Origin: Fistulifera solaris
Taxonomy: Eukaryota
Reading direction: 5' to 3'
DNA length: 64,000 bases
Assembly: GCA_030295235.1 (NCBI GenBank)
Contig: AP026152.1
Coordinates: 248,001 to 312,000, forward strand
Position numbers and translations under genes: made by a program. Below the pieces are notes generated by a model that searched no databases, was not told the origin of the DNA, and saw only the letters and a program-made list of their open reading frames with translations. Of the stretch, positions 1-12,100 are shown in pieces; the stretch's first letter is position 1; each line of letters opens with the position of its first letter.

Positions 1-398
1 GGAATTGATCGTGGTTTTCAAAGACATCTCTCCCGAGTTGGTAAGATCTATTTTTATCGTAAAATCGCCCTTGACAAATATTATCGAAAAATAGAATTTT
101 GAGAAAACTATTCGTTGTTCTGTTGAAAATCTAGTTGACTTCCAAGCTCCAGATAATCGATGAAATACATGCTAAGGAAGTTATTAAGTCACAGGTAGAT
201 TAATTGTTCTCATTTGAAAGTCTCCAAGAATGATTGTTATGCCAAAACGAAAATAAATGTTTTGCTCAAGTAGGAGAGACGTCCTTAGCTTATGGTGCTG
301 CATGCGATTTATCATAATAAGATTGTAAACATGCGAGGCACAATCGTTAGTCAAATGAATGGGATCCTTGTTTATGAGTTTCACTTGTAGGTGATTTT

Positions 399-764
399 AA
401 TAGCTAACGTGGGTTAGCGAGCGGTTGTCTATACCGGAAATACCGTGAAAGTATTAAGCTAGATATTGATTATACGCGGTTACCTGCAACTCGCGTACTG
501 CATTGGCTGTATCAGCCAGAAATCATTTAGCCAGTCATGTCGGACGGTAAGCTGGGAATGTATTTCAATTAAAGGGATTCCAATAGCTAATGTGGGTTAA
601 TAACAGTTGTCTATACCGGAAAAACCATACGTGGTAACCTGTCACGCGAGTACTGCATCGGCTAAACCATCATCTTGAACGTGGGGGTGTAGCGAAGAAC
701 CAGACATCATTAAGGCGATGATGTCGGACGGTTAGCTGGGAATGTAGTTCAATTAAAGAGATTT
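399..764. repeat. Diverged tandem duplication, two ~183-bp units (399-581, 582-764)
   Basis: Shared blocks in the same order: AATAGCTAA(C/T)GTGGGTTA, GTTGTCTATACCGGAAA, GTACTGCAT(T/C)GGCT, ATGTCGGACGGT(A/T)AGCTGGGAATGTA(T/G)TTCAATTAAAG. Confidence 0.85.
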
Positions 765-2652
765 AACTGTTGGAGGAAAAGGCGTCCTTGTCTACCTTTT
801 CATCGGACAAGTCGTGGAATTTGCTGGACCTGTGGTTGAATATGCGGGACTTGCAGGCGGGCAAAAGGCGAAGTTGGGAAAAATCTCCTGGCCTAAAATG
901 CAGGGTTTTCAGACGAGGTTTGCAGAAGTAGTAAAACAAGCAGGCTATGTTTGGCTGTATCCAAGGATTTTTCCTCGGTTGAGGGCCGGATTTTGAGCTT
1001 TCATTCGATTGTGTCCTCGAGCTGGAACAAGTCGTCGTGCAATAGGATATCGGCTTCTCTAGAGTTGAATTTTGAAAAGGGTGGCGTTGAGACACGTTAA
1101 ACCTTGCTGGAGATTATTACTACTACTTGTACAAGGAGCTTTTTGAAGGCTCTATTTTGCCGCCATGGCGACAAGGTTAAGGTTACTGCTTTTAAGACGG
1201 ACGAGGACACGGAGCGAGCGAGTGAGCGAGGCCGTGCGGCTTCATTCTTCACACGATGCGAAAACACATTTTGAACTATCCACGTTGGAGGGGGTTTTCA
1301 AGTAATCCTGTCGAAAAATAACACGATGCGAAAACACTCGATTGAAATTAAGTCATTTAAGCAACACAAGCGCAAAACAAAAATCATTTTCTTCGATGAC
1401 AGAAACGTCCGCTGCAATGCCGCGTCGCCCCAACTCGCCCGGCCTTCTCCGCGATTACCACCGCCAGCTTGTGTCTTTCCTTTTTGATGTCGCCGTCATA
1501 CGTCATATCCGCATGTGTGTTCTTAGCGAAAAAGTCTACTTTTTCCGTCTCTGTAACCAGCAGTCTCTTCGCAGTTGCGATAGGTAGTTTTCTGTGGACG
1601 TTTACCGACGGCACTTTTTCGTGGTTCCCTTACTTTGCTCCGCAACGTCCTTATGACGAAGGTGATTTGATCGAAATAGACCCTATCGAGCCCTGTATTA
1701 GCCCCTGTAAAAGAAAAAACCTGGCGTGTTGTCCTCTGTAATTCCATTCGTACGGATCTCAGGAACATTTCCAGCGGTGTGTACGTAAGCTGGCCCAACG
1801 ATGGTCTTGCGAAGTGTCGATTAATTTATTGGAGTCGTCGAACCGAAACGAAATTTCAAATTGTTTTACTGGTTCCAGAACTTACATGCAACGATCGACT
1901 AAAGAAATTTCATGGAAAAATTATGCATTTTTTAAATGAGAACTCTTGCGAGTGGTTTCCGCTTGATACCGTTCACGGACAGTCTCGTCACGGTGAAAGA
2001 TGAATACAAGGAATATTGCATCGACATTCGGTAAGTGATACAACTCGATGAGCCTTTTGCGCTTTACGCATTTGCTGGTCTCTGACGAAAAATGCTTCTT
2101 CTTTTTTCTACCATGCTTCCTGACAAGACACCGCAAGTCATGGGAAGAATACGAGGTCGTCTTGGCCAGCAAATTCAATCTTCTCGCTGAATGTCTTATG
2201 CTGACTAAAAATATATTCTTTGAGAAACCTATCAAGAACTGCGATAGCCACAAAGTGGTAAACACACGTAACGATGGACACAGATCCGATGAAATGGAAA
2301 AGAACGAGCAAGAGAAAGATGAAAGAGAAAATCGGGATGAATGGAGTTATCGCACTCCTTATCAACTCTTCTTTTATTGATGAAATAATAAACCATGGCT
2401 GGAATGACAATAATTTCTATTGGACTGGGCAGACTCTCAACAGGCCCATCGGGTCAACTTGCTATGCTTGAACTTGAACCCCGCCCGATAAAGCTTGTAT
2501 TGTTCTTTCTATTGCAGAGTCACCGTGCCTGCAACAACCATGTCGCTTTCGTTCAGCTGGTTTTCAAAAATACGTTTTTAATTAAGGTATTGACTAACCT
2601 TTCTGGAAGGAAATTTTACCGCATTCTTTCATGGAAGCACCGGATCTATTAC

Positions 2653-3360
2653 TTAGTTCTCGTTTTGGATCATCCATTCCACGAATTGTTCGTCCTCCTC
2701 TTCCAACTGTTCGATTTGGTGGTAGTTTCGATTGTGTCTGATGCGTGACCATGGTTTTCGATGCTTGTTTGCTAATCGGTATTTCTCGAATTGAGAGAAG
2801 AATTCTCGGTGCATCGCGGCGTCCATTTGAGAAAGCATTGTCATGTCATCGAAATGACACATGCCACGAATGCGACGAAGCGAGCCAAGAATGAGCAATC
2901 CCAGCACTATACCGGTCGGATCCATTTTTCCAGGTCTCCACGGCGCAAACTCTGGTGAATTCACGATCTCTTTCTTGAAACTGAGAAAGTCTTCGTACGG
3001 TCCAAATCCTCTTTTAAACACAGCCAGCTGTCCCTTACTCATATCATGATTGACAAAATGATATGTATACCAAGGGGACTTGAGAGCTTTTCGGAGAAGT
3101 GCCTGGACAGATTCTTTGTTTGCTTGATTGTCCTCCGTCGGCTCCTCTTTTACTCGAATTTGAGGAGACGGTTTAAGGATCGCGTTGCTAGGAGCAGTCG
3201 ATGGATCTGTGACGGTGTTATTGATTTCGCAAAAATGACGGTCTCCATCTTTGCTTTTTTTGCACGGTCGATTGAATGCTGGCGCAAGCGCTTCCTCATG
3301 CTCTTCGGCATTTTCGTTAAATCCGTCCTTGCGGTGGTCGTCGTTACGTAGATCGTTCAT
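2653..3360 (-). CDS. PIF/Harbinger (Plant_tran-like) transposase N-terminal-region-derived protein, no DDE domain
   Basis: Intact 235-aa ORF. SPWYTY..FKRGFGPYEDF..FAPW..LGLLILGSLRRIRGMCHFDDM..MHREFFSQF resembles the pattern S.WY..F+RRFR+PY..F..W..LL+LG+LRYLGRGW.FDDL..HR.FF..F that I recall from Harbinger transposases. The ORF ends before any catalytic domain. Confidence 0.6.
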   Translation of the reverse strand: MNDLRNDDHRKDGFNENAEEHEEALAPAFNRPCKKSKDGDRHFCEINNTVTDPSTAPSNAILKPSPQIRVKEEPTEDNQANKESVQALLRKALKSPWYTYHFVNHDMSKGQLAVFKRGFGPYEDFLSFKKEIVNSPEFAPWRPGKMDPTGIVLGLLILGSLRRIRGMCHFDDMTMLSQMDAAMHREFFSQFEKYRLANKHRKPWSRIRHNRNYHQIEQLEEEDEQFVEWMIQNEN

Positions 3361-3720
3361 TATGCTCTGTGCAGTTTACGTATCATGTGCTTTTAACAAC
3401 GTGAAAAGAATACTGCTTTCAAAGAAGAAGGTTTGAAGAAAAGGCAACAATGCTGCTGTGTGGCTGCTTCTGGGACGATTTTTGGGACGAAGTGCCATGC
3501 CGTGCCCGCGCGCCATCAAATTCAAACTTGTCCGTTGAGAACCGGAGAACCGCGCAAATGCAAGGCTGGTTTAATATCCCTAACCCTTTTTCGTTATCGC
3601 CTCTTATCGACAAAAACGACAACACAAAACCAATTTTTTTTATACCAGTAATGGCCTTTATTACCTTTACTTGATCTTTTATCATTACTTACGCGGAAAA
3701 GCATCATTGTAATTTAATCT

Positions 3721-4812
3721 ATGAACGACGTAAAGCTTCTGGAACAGGCTCCACTGTTTTTTGCCGACAAGCATGTGAGCTACATCGTTCGCTTGACGCA
3801 ACAACTGTCCTCGCCGGAGTCGTTCGAAGGCGCTCTCACCGAACACCTCAAAATGTCAGGCGTGTATTGGGCGCTCACCGCCTTGTCGCTGTTGACTGCG
3901 AAAGAAACGGTCGATGAACTGATGAATACGACAGAAGTAGTGGATTGGGTCATCACCTGTTGGGATGAAACATCGGGAGGCTTTGCCGGCAACACGGGTC
4001 AGGATGGTCATATCCTGTATACGCTGTCCACCCTACAAATACTGGCGCTTACAGAAAATTTAAACGATCCACGCATTCCATTCGACCGCGTTGTACAATT
4101 TATCGCGTCTTTGCAGCAAACGGACGGATCGTTCGTCGGTGACGCCTTTGGCGAAATTGATACTCGATTCACGTACTGTGCGTTTCAGTCACTCGCTTTA
4201 CTGCAGGCGCTACACGAAATTGATATCCATGCGGCAGTCCACTATCTGCAGCGTACCTTAAATTTTGACGGAGGATGTGGCGCCAACATTGGAGGCGAAT
4301 CGCATGCCGGCCAAGTGTTCTGTGGGGTCGCCGCATTGAGTATTGCGGGCCGACTCGATGTCATTGACGGAGATCAGTTGGGATGGTGGCTATCCGAGCG
4401 ACAAGTCGATTCCGGAGGACTCAATGGCCGACCCGAAAAACAGGCAGACGTTTGCTACTCGTGGTGGATTCTCAGTGCTTTGAGTATTCTCGGTCGTGTA
4501 TCGTGGATCAGTGGAGATCGGTTGGCAAGTTACATTTTGAAATGCCAGGATGGAGACGATGGAGGTATCGCGGACCGTCCGGATGACATGCCGGATGTGT
4601 TTCATACCTTCTTTGGTGTTGCAGGACTGAGTTTACTGGGAACTTTGCATCGAGGAGAGAACATCCATCGTTTCTCACGAACGATCGACCCCGTGTATGC
4701 CTTACCCAGTGACATCGTTCGAAACTTAAAGTTGCCCGGACAAGTGTTGATACACGATGAATTAGATTCGAGGCTATCTTTCTATGACACATTAGTGGAG
4801 AAAACGAGGTAG
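3721..4812 (+). CDS. RABGGTB: Rab geranylgeranyltransferase (GGTase-II) beta subunit
   Basis: EHLKMSGVYW, GEIDTRF, ESHAGQVFC, GGLNGRPEKQADVCYSWW, DVFHTFFGVAGLSL prenyltransferase motifs; single exon. Confidence 0.95.
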   Translation: MNDVKLLEQAPLFFADKHVSYIVRLTQQLSSPESFEGALTEHLKMSGVYWALTALSLLTAKETVDELMNTTEVVDWVITCWDETSGGFAGNTGQDGHILYTLSTLQILALTENLNDPRIPFDRVVQFIASLQQTDGSFVGDAFGEIDTRFTYCAFQSLALLQALHEIDIHAAVHYLQRTLNFDGGCGANIGGESHAGQVFCGVAALSIAGRLDVIDGDQLGWWLSERQVDSGGLNGRPEKQADVCYSWWILSALSILGRVSWISGDRLASYILKCQDGDDGGIADRPDDMPDVFHTFFGVAGLSLLGTLHRGENIHRFSRTIDPVYALPSDIVRNLKLPGQVLIHDELDSRLSFYDTLVEKTR

Positions 4813-4876
4813 AGTAAAAGGTATAAATAAGATGTGCTAGCTTTCTGGTGTAAGAACTGTTGCCTAAGTGCTATAT

Positions 4877-6323
4877 TCAAGCTTCATACTTCTTGAAGAG
4901 GATCGCGGCGTTGTGTCCACCGAAACCAAGACTGGTGCTTAGACCGGCCTGTACGGTCATTTCTCGTTTTGTATTTGGGACGTAATCAAGATCGCATTCG
5001 GGGTCGGGGGTCTCGTAGTTAATAGTCGGCGGTACCACGTCTCCGTGAATCGCTTTGGCCAAAACAACTGCTTCTAGACCACCAGCGGCTCCCAATGTGT
5101 GTCCAGTAACGCATTTGGTAGAAGAAACAACCAGTTTCTTGCTGGTCGCATGCTCCCCAAAGACCGTCTTGATGGCCATGGTTTCAAATTTATCGTTGTA
5201 TTGTGTCGAAGTCCCGTGTGCATTGATGTAATGAATTTGAGACTTGTCGAATGACTTGCACGCCATTTCCATCGCGGCAGCAAGTCCTCGACCTTCGGGT
5301 GCGGGTGTTGTGATATGATGGGCGTCACAAGTGGCACCGTATCCGACAGCTTCGCAGTAGATTTTCGCACCACGAGCCAATGCACTTTCTAAACTTTCCA
5401 AGACAACCACACCCGCTCCTTCGCCCATGACGAATCCACCTCGGCCAGCATCAAAGGGACGGGAAGCGCCGGTTGGATTATCATTATAATCCGTGTTCAT
5501 GGCCTTCATGGCACAAAATCCGGCAAAAATAAGGGGCGTGATAGTAGCTTCTGTTCCGCCCGCAATCATAACGTCCGCGTGACCGTCGGCGATCATGCCC
5601 ATCGCTTCACCAATGGCATGCGTAGCACTCGCACAAGCACTTGTCACACCATAGTTCGGACCCTTGCAACCACATTCGATGCCGATGACGCCACTGGCTG
5701 TATTGCCCAACAGGGCGGGGATGGTGAATGGGGAAACCTGCGTATGGATGGTGAGATGTTGGCTACGTCACTGGATGACTCAAGTCGAATAAACTCACCT
5801 TCGGTCGTTCCGGTTTCTTCGCCAGCTTCAAGGTTTCTTGCTCAAAGGTTTCGGCGCCTCCAAAGGCCGTACCGACCATCACACCGACGCGATCCGCATG
5901 TTGCAATGTTTCCGGAGTATCCCCCAAGCCAGCATCTTTCAACGCCATACGCGCACTGGCTACCGCAAAATGCGTGAAACGATCGTTCGATTTGACATTT
6001 TTGGGATTGATGAAGTAATCTTCGGGATTGAAATCATGAACTTCACTCGCAATTTGGCAAGGATACGCCGACGCGTCGAATCGTTGTACTTTGCCCAAAC
6101 TGGATTTTCCCTCGAGACAGGCTTGAAAGAAATCATCGGGGTTGGTGCCACAGCCACTAATGACACCGAGACCTGTGACGACGACACGTCGCTTTTCATC
6201 GGCCATGTAAAGTTGTGTGGAGGATTGGAGTGATGTCGATGGCACGTTATTGATCGGTGATGCCTGAAAACAGAATGCCGAAGAGGCCGAAAGCACCAAT
6301 AGTGTTGTGGGAAGGAATTTCAT
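4877..6323 (-). CDS. fabF: Plastid 3-oxoacyl-ACP synthase II (KASII); intron 5738-5798
   Basis: [13 protein letters not shown] catalytic Cys, [23 protein letters not shown]. Signal peptide plus ASSAF bipartite plastid presequence. A GT-AG intron joins ERPK|VSPFTIP in frame. Confidence 0.95.
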
Positions 6324-6912
6324 TTGTCAAGCAGAGGTTGTAGTATAGTGCGGATGAAACAAGTCTACTTGGAAGCGTTAGTGGTTTCAGGAACGTTGGA
6401 TTGATACAATAAAGCAACGAGAAGCGAGCCCCTCCGATCTGAGAATGAGGACCGACGGAAACAAGCTGTCGTCGTCACTTTTTCACACGAGACACAGCGT
6501 GAAAAGAGGACGCACATTCTCGCAACACGCGGTCTCATTTGACGGAAAAAATGTGATGGGAATGGGAGTACGTACGTGGTTCCAAACCCGGATGTTACGT
6601 CCCCAAAGTAGACTATCGAGTTTTAAGTACAACTTGCGACGTAACAAACAAGACCCATAATAGTGAATCCCGAGCTTGCTGGTAAGTACTTTGAAACGGA
6701 TAGTAAACCTTAGTGAAATCCGTTCCGACGAGAAAAGTGCCGTCGTCCCCGATCCAGACGTTTTCCAAACCCAAACCGATCCATCATCATCACAACAAAT
6801 CGTTGTGCCGGCAATAATAAGAGGAAAGCCATTCTATACTAACAATCAGACGACGCCAAGAGGCTCAAGGGAGTCAAGAGAACGGAAAGTGAAAGAAAAC
6901 GACGTCTCAACG

Positions 6913-9167
6913 ATGATTCTGTACAAATGTATTGCCTTCTGGTTGTTATCGGCGACGACGACAAATGCGTTCGCGCCTGTGCTTCCCTCGCACAAAGTTT
7001 CCATATTTCGACAGTCCCCGTTTGCCTCCACCGCTTCTCCCTTGATGGAAGAGAGCAGTATGATCACTCCCGAAGGTTTTGGATTTTCCGCCCCGGTCCG
7101 TCGTATTCTGAAAGAATCGGGTCGAGGATACCACAAAGCAAAGGCGAGCGATACAGTCATTGATGTCATGCAAGCCATTACGGCAGGAGCGTACGATGTG
7201 GCGTTGGTATACGATGAAAAAGAACTCGTGGGACTGTTCACAGAAACAGATTATATTCGAGTAAGTGGCATCCTTCTTTTCATAAAGACTCGGCGCATTC
7301 TCTCAACTCCCTACTTCCAGTTTTCGACACAACGATCGGATCAAGCCACGACAGAGAAAGAGTCGGCAGAATATTTGTTAACTGCCGTTCGAGAGTACGT
7401 CACTCCTGCTGCAGAGCTTTTGACTCTCAGTCCTGATCAGACGGCCAATGTAGCGATTGCGACCATGAAACGTGATAACATTCGTCATTTACTCGTGGCC
7501 GATCCGGTGCAAAACCAAAAACTCACCAAAGACAGCTCCTTATTGGGAATTATTTCCTTGCAAGATGTCATGGGGTGCATTCAGAAAGATGAAAGACTCA
7601 GTTTGCAGACTCTGGCGCAGAAATACCCCAACATGAGTGTCCTGGATCAGTATCGCGAGCAAATCAAAAGCGACGCCAACAAGGCGGCGGCGGATCCGGA
7701 AACGGTCAAACAGGATATTCTCAAATTTGGGGCCGCGGCATTGTTTGGAGCTATCTTTCTTTCGTTCTTGACGCGGGTTCCGCTGTTGGAGGATTATGCC
7801 AGCTCGGTCATGATCGGTTTGTTTGTATTGGGCTACATTGGTATCATCTTCGAGGAAGTGCTGGAATTCAACAAGGCCGGTATTGCATTATTGATGAGCA
7901 CGGGCTTGTGGATCACGTACGCGGACTTTTTTACCGGTGATCCGAATGGAATCGCTTCCGAGGCCGTCTTAGAACAATTGAAAGATCAGCTTGCCGAAGT
8001 CTCGGATATCTGTTTCTTTTGCTGGCTGCTTCTGCCATCGTAGAAGTTGTTGACGCCCATCAGGGTTTCAAAGTTGTCACCAATCAGATCAAAACAACGT
8101 CCAAAAAGTCCCTCTTTTGGATTATCGGTATCCTGACCTTCTTCCTATCTTCTATTCTCAACAACCTGACTGTCACCATTGTCATGGTCTCGTTGTTGCG
8201 AAAATTAATTCCCAGTGAAAATGACCGCCGCTTGTTCGGTGCCATGGTTGTCGTCGCGGCCAATGCGGGTGGAGTATGGACTCCCATTGGGGACGTTACG
8301 ACGACCATGCTATGGATCAATCATCAATTATCCACCATTCCCACTGTCACCGAACTCTTTCTCCCGTCGTTTGTTTGTTTGGTATCATCACTGGCGTTCT
8401 TAGTCGGTCAAGTGGAAGAAGATGGCAGCTTGGAGAATGCCATGACCGAAGCGACGCCATTATCTCCTCGTGGTCAGTTGGTATTTGTGAGTGGCATTGT
8501 CAGCCTCTTAAGTGTCCCGGTCTTTGCCGAGTTGACGGGCCTCCCGCCTTACTTGGCCATGTTGACTGGTCTGGGAGCTATGTGGACTCTGACTGACATT
8601 ATTCATATGGGGGAAGAGGATGAAGCCTCGGAGCAACTGAAACTCCCGGCGGCTTTGGAACGCACTGATGTTGCTGGTATTTTGTTTTTCTTGGGTATTC
8701 TTATGAGCATTGGAGTCCTCGATAAGAGCGGGTTATTGAAAGATTTGGCAGTTTATTTGAGTGATACATTGCCAAGTCTGGATATCATTGCCACTGTCAT
8801 CGGCTTGGCTTCCGCCTTGATTGATAATGTTCCATTGGTCGCTGCGACCATGGGCATGTACGAGCTGGCTGATTACGGTACCGATGATCGTCTGTGGCAG
8901 CTGATAGCCCTTTGTGCCGGAACAGGCGGTTCCATCCTTGTCATTGGATCGGCAAGTGGTGTTGCTTTGATGGGCTTGGAAAAAGTCGACTTTTTGTGGT
9001 ATGCTAAAAAGGTCAGCATTGGAGCTGCCGTTGGTTATTTTGCTGGCATTGCCACGTACCTTCTAGAAGATGCTGTGTTACACGGAAGCAATCTGTTTGC
9101 TGGAATGCTACCACAAGCAGCGGTAGCCGCCGATTTGATTCAGCAACAAATTGGAGTAGTAATGTAG
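6913..9167 (+). CDS. nhaD: Plastid-targeted NhaD-type Na+/H+ antiporter with an N-terminal CBS-domain pair; intron 7261-7320, 1-nt frameshift near 8017-8020
   Basis: Presequence ..ATTTNAFAP; CBS motifs LVGLFTETDY and LLGIISLQDV; NhaD motifs IVEVVDAHQGF, NNLTVTIVM, AANAGGVWTPIGDVTTTMLW, SALIDNVPLVAA, CAGTGGSILVIGSASGV. Confidence 0.9.
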
Positions 9168-9197
9168 GTAGCTAATTTCGTAATCAAAAAGCATGAT

Positions 9198-12100
9198 TTA
9201 TTTAAGCATGAAAAGGGGATCGTTGTTGTCATTCGGGCTGCGGTTGGGTGGTGGCTGCTGTTGCTGTGGCTGCGTTGGTTGCTGCATCATGTGCTGATGT
9301 CGAGCTTGCATCTGCTGCATCTGCTGAGGCGTCATTCCTGGCGGATAGAAAGGTTGCTGATAATTCTGACCGGGAGGTCCTCCAGCTTGTTGCGCTTGTT
9401 GTTGTTGCATCATTCTGAATTGAGCCATCTGTTGGGGAGTGTATTGTTGTTGCTGTTGTTGCTGCTGCTGCTGTTGTTGCTGAGACCTTCTCTGCGATGT
9501 CTGTTGCGGTTGTGCCATTTGCCGCTGGGTTTGACCGTATTGATAAGGCATCATAGGTATAGCACCTGCTTGCGATGGTCTACGATTTGCGGTTGTTTCG
9601 CCTTGAGATTTCTGCGTCCGCGGTGCGGGCGCAGGAGCTTATCACGCCAGAAGGGCGCCGCTTTTTGGGCTGCGGCTTTGCAGGAGCTTTGGTAGCCTTT
9701 GGTTTTGCATTCGATGGTACAGACATCGACGTGCTAGGCATGGGAGCCGCCGGCACAGGCGTAGTAGCTGCTGCCGGTTTTTTATTTTTCTGGCTGGCAG
9801 TCGAGGAAAGCTGACGTTCGCTTACTGCTGGTGGTTTTCGCTTAGCAGGTGTATTGGATGTCAGCGGTATTTGACGCACTGAGAACGTATATCCAAGCTT
9901 CATATCTACTTCGTTGAGATGAAGGGGATCCCTAATCGTGAATGGTTCTGAAAAGCATCATAAATGTGAGCGCAATCGTCAAATCTTTTGAGAATCTGCT
10001 CCGCTTATTGGTTTACAGGTACTTACGACTGGTAACACTGACCAACGGTTCAGCGGGGCTTGATGCAGTAGAAAATAGTGACTGTGGCAATGCTAGACAG
10101 CGAAGGTGTGAAGTTTCTAGGAGAGACGCTGCTTGTCGACCAGGCGCTGACGCAATTTCAGAGTACAAGTGCTCAAAAATAGGAAACGTTTGCGCGCGTG
10201 GAAGAATTGATTTATCTTGATGCATATCACGTTGGACTCCAAGGTTTAGCTGCCATCCGGGTTCACCCCAGGCCTCATTTGACTTAGCTGGCGGAATTAC
10301 AGACAGCTCCTCGGTTGCAGCTGGGTGCATGGCCAGTAAAAATAGCTGCTCTGCCTTGATTAGTTCCTTCTCCTCCGCTGCCAATTTTCTCATTTTTTCA
10401 ATGACTTGATGCTGTTGCCTTTCCGAAGTAGAAAGACCTTCCATAGTTTTTTCTCCTATCTTAGAGGACAGAATTTCATGGGTCGTTGATCTCAATTCAT
10501 TGATTAGACTTTCCTCCGTTGGTCGAAGAATAATTTGCTGTTTTCTACGGTGCATTTTGTGCCATATGCTCTTTCGTAGAGGCATAGGTAACTCGGGAAA
10601 TACTTGGGCACCGGAGTTTGTAAAACTATTCGTTTGCTTCTGGTGAGCTTGCTCTCGTCGCTTCTCCGCTGTTCGCCTTAAGATATCCACCGTCTCTTTT
10701 ATGCGAACTGAAGCTTTCTCCGCATTCAATGCCATATCTGCTTTAATTGCTTGGGAGGTCGTTGATGGATAAATATTCATTCCAGCTCCTTTTTTTCTTT
10801 TTTAAGCGCTGCAGCAGCAACTGTAGCATTTCTCAAGGCTGTTTTCGCATTCGTTCTCAGTTTTTGCACCTTCGCCTTTATTTCAGCCATCTTCTGAGAT
10901 ACAGCTTGCTCTCGACGTATAGCCTTCTCAAGCATGGTTTTATATTGGACTGTTGCTTTCATCAGCTCTTGTCTATCCCTTGGATTAGTAGTCTGTAGTG
11001 GATTCCCGTCTTGATTATCATGTCAGTGTGCATTTCGCTTATTGACGCAAAGAAACTTGTGCTGCTTACCAGGTCCCAGATAATTGCGAAATTTGGTGCG
11101 AAATTCATCTTGGCATCTCCTTGCTTTCGCCACCTCTTTTGCAGTACTTTCAGCTACAGTACGGCATTCCTTTTCTTCGTTCTCAGCGAGGCTGGCCTGT
11201 CGCTCAACTTCGGCGGCCAATTTATTCAGTTCATTATACTTTTTTTCTAACTCCTCAATTCCCGATTCTTCACGCTCTCGAGCTGCAACCGCGCGCTGAA
11301 AAGATGCTACCTCCTCACTGACGCGTAAATCAGAGAGAATACAGCGGACTTGTCCACCTTGTGCTGCCTCAGTATCTCGAAAGCTCCTCGTGCGCTCAAA
11401 TATTGTTGGAATTTCGCCGCAAACGATAGACTCTAGAAATTCGAATGCCTGCGTTCCCCAGGGGATAAATTCCTCACGAGCTGCCGAGCTCCCGGTCGCC
11501 ATATGTTCTGAAGACGGCTGAGAAGATCCGGTGCGTTTGTCGTCTTCATCCGTTTTCATCACTGACACCCAAATCCCTTCATTGTGGATTTCTACAGACA
11601 ATTGTCGTTTTGTCTGACTCATAACGCCTTTTCGATGCTTGTGGCGCGATGCGGCGCCAGATGGTTCGTACGGTGATGTTTCTAGCCATGGCTGTTGTGA
11701 TTTTATTGGCATGGGTGGATTAAATTCTTCTCTTCCCTCCATACTATGTCTTCCCAGTTTGCTTTCCTCCGACTCGTCACTGTTCGTGGCCCTCTTACTC
11801 TCCTCGGCGTCCTTCGTCAAATCATTTCGATCTTTGACAATCCGCTGTATGTGCCGTTTCAAATATCTCTGGCGAACTTGCTGAAAGTGACTCACGAGCT
11901 TGGCCGCAAGCTTCTGGCGGCTCTTTTCTGCATCTTTGATTTTCGTCTCGTGTTGGGTTCGTATCTTTTGTTCCTCGCGACTGTAATCAGCGTCCGTTTT
12001 CTGCTTCAATTCGTCTGCTTTCTTCTGGAACTCTTGTTGCTGCCTTTGATGCTTCGCTTGCAACTGGCGCAATACGTTCTGCCATTCGACGGAAGCAATA

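Noticed and set aside
1251..1337. 17-bp direct repeat ACACGATGCGAAAACAC at 1251 and 1321
   Set aside because: Real, but only two copies with no TIRs or other structure between them; no function can be supported.
763..2650. Short ORFs in the gene-poor 5' region
   Set aside because: No recognisable motifs or consistent splice structure; may be decayed genes but cannot be supported.
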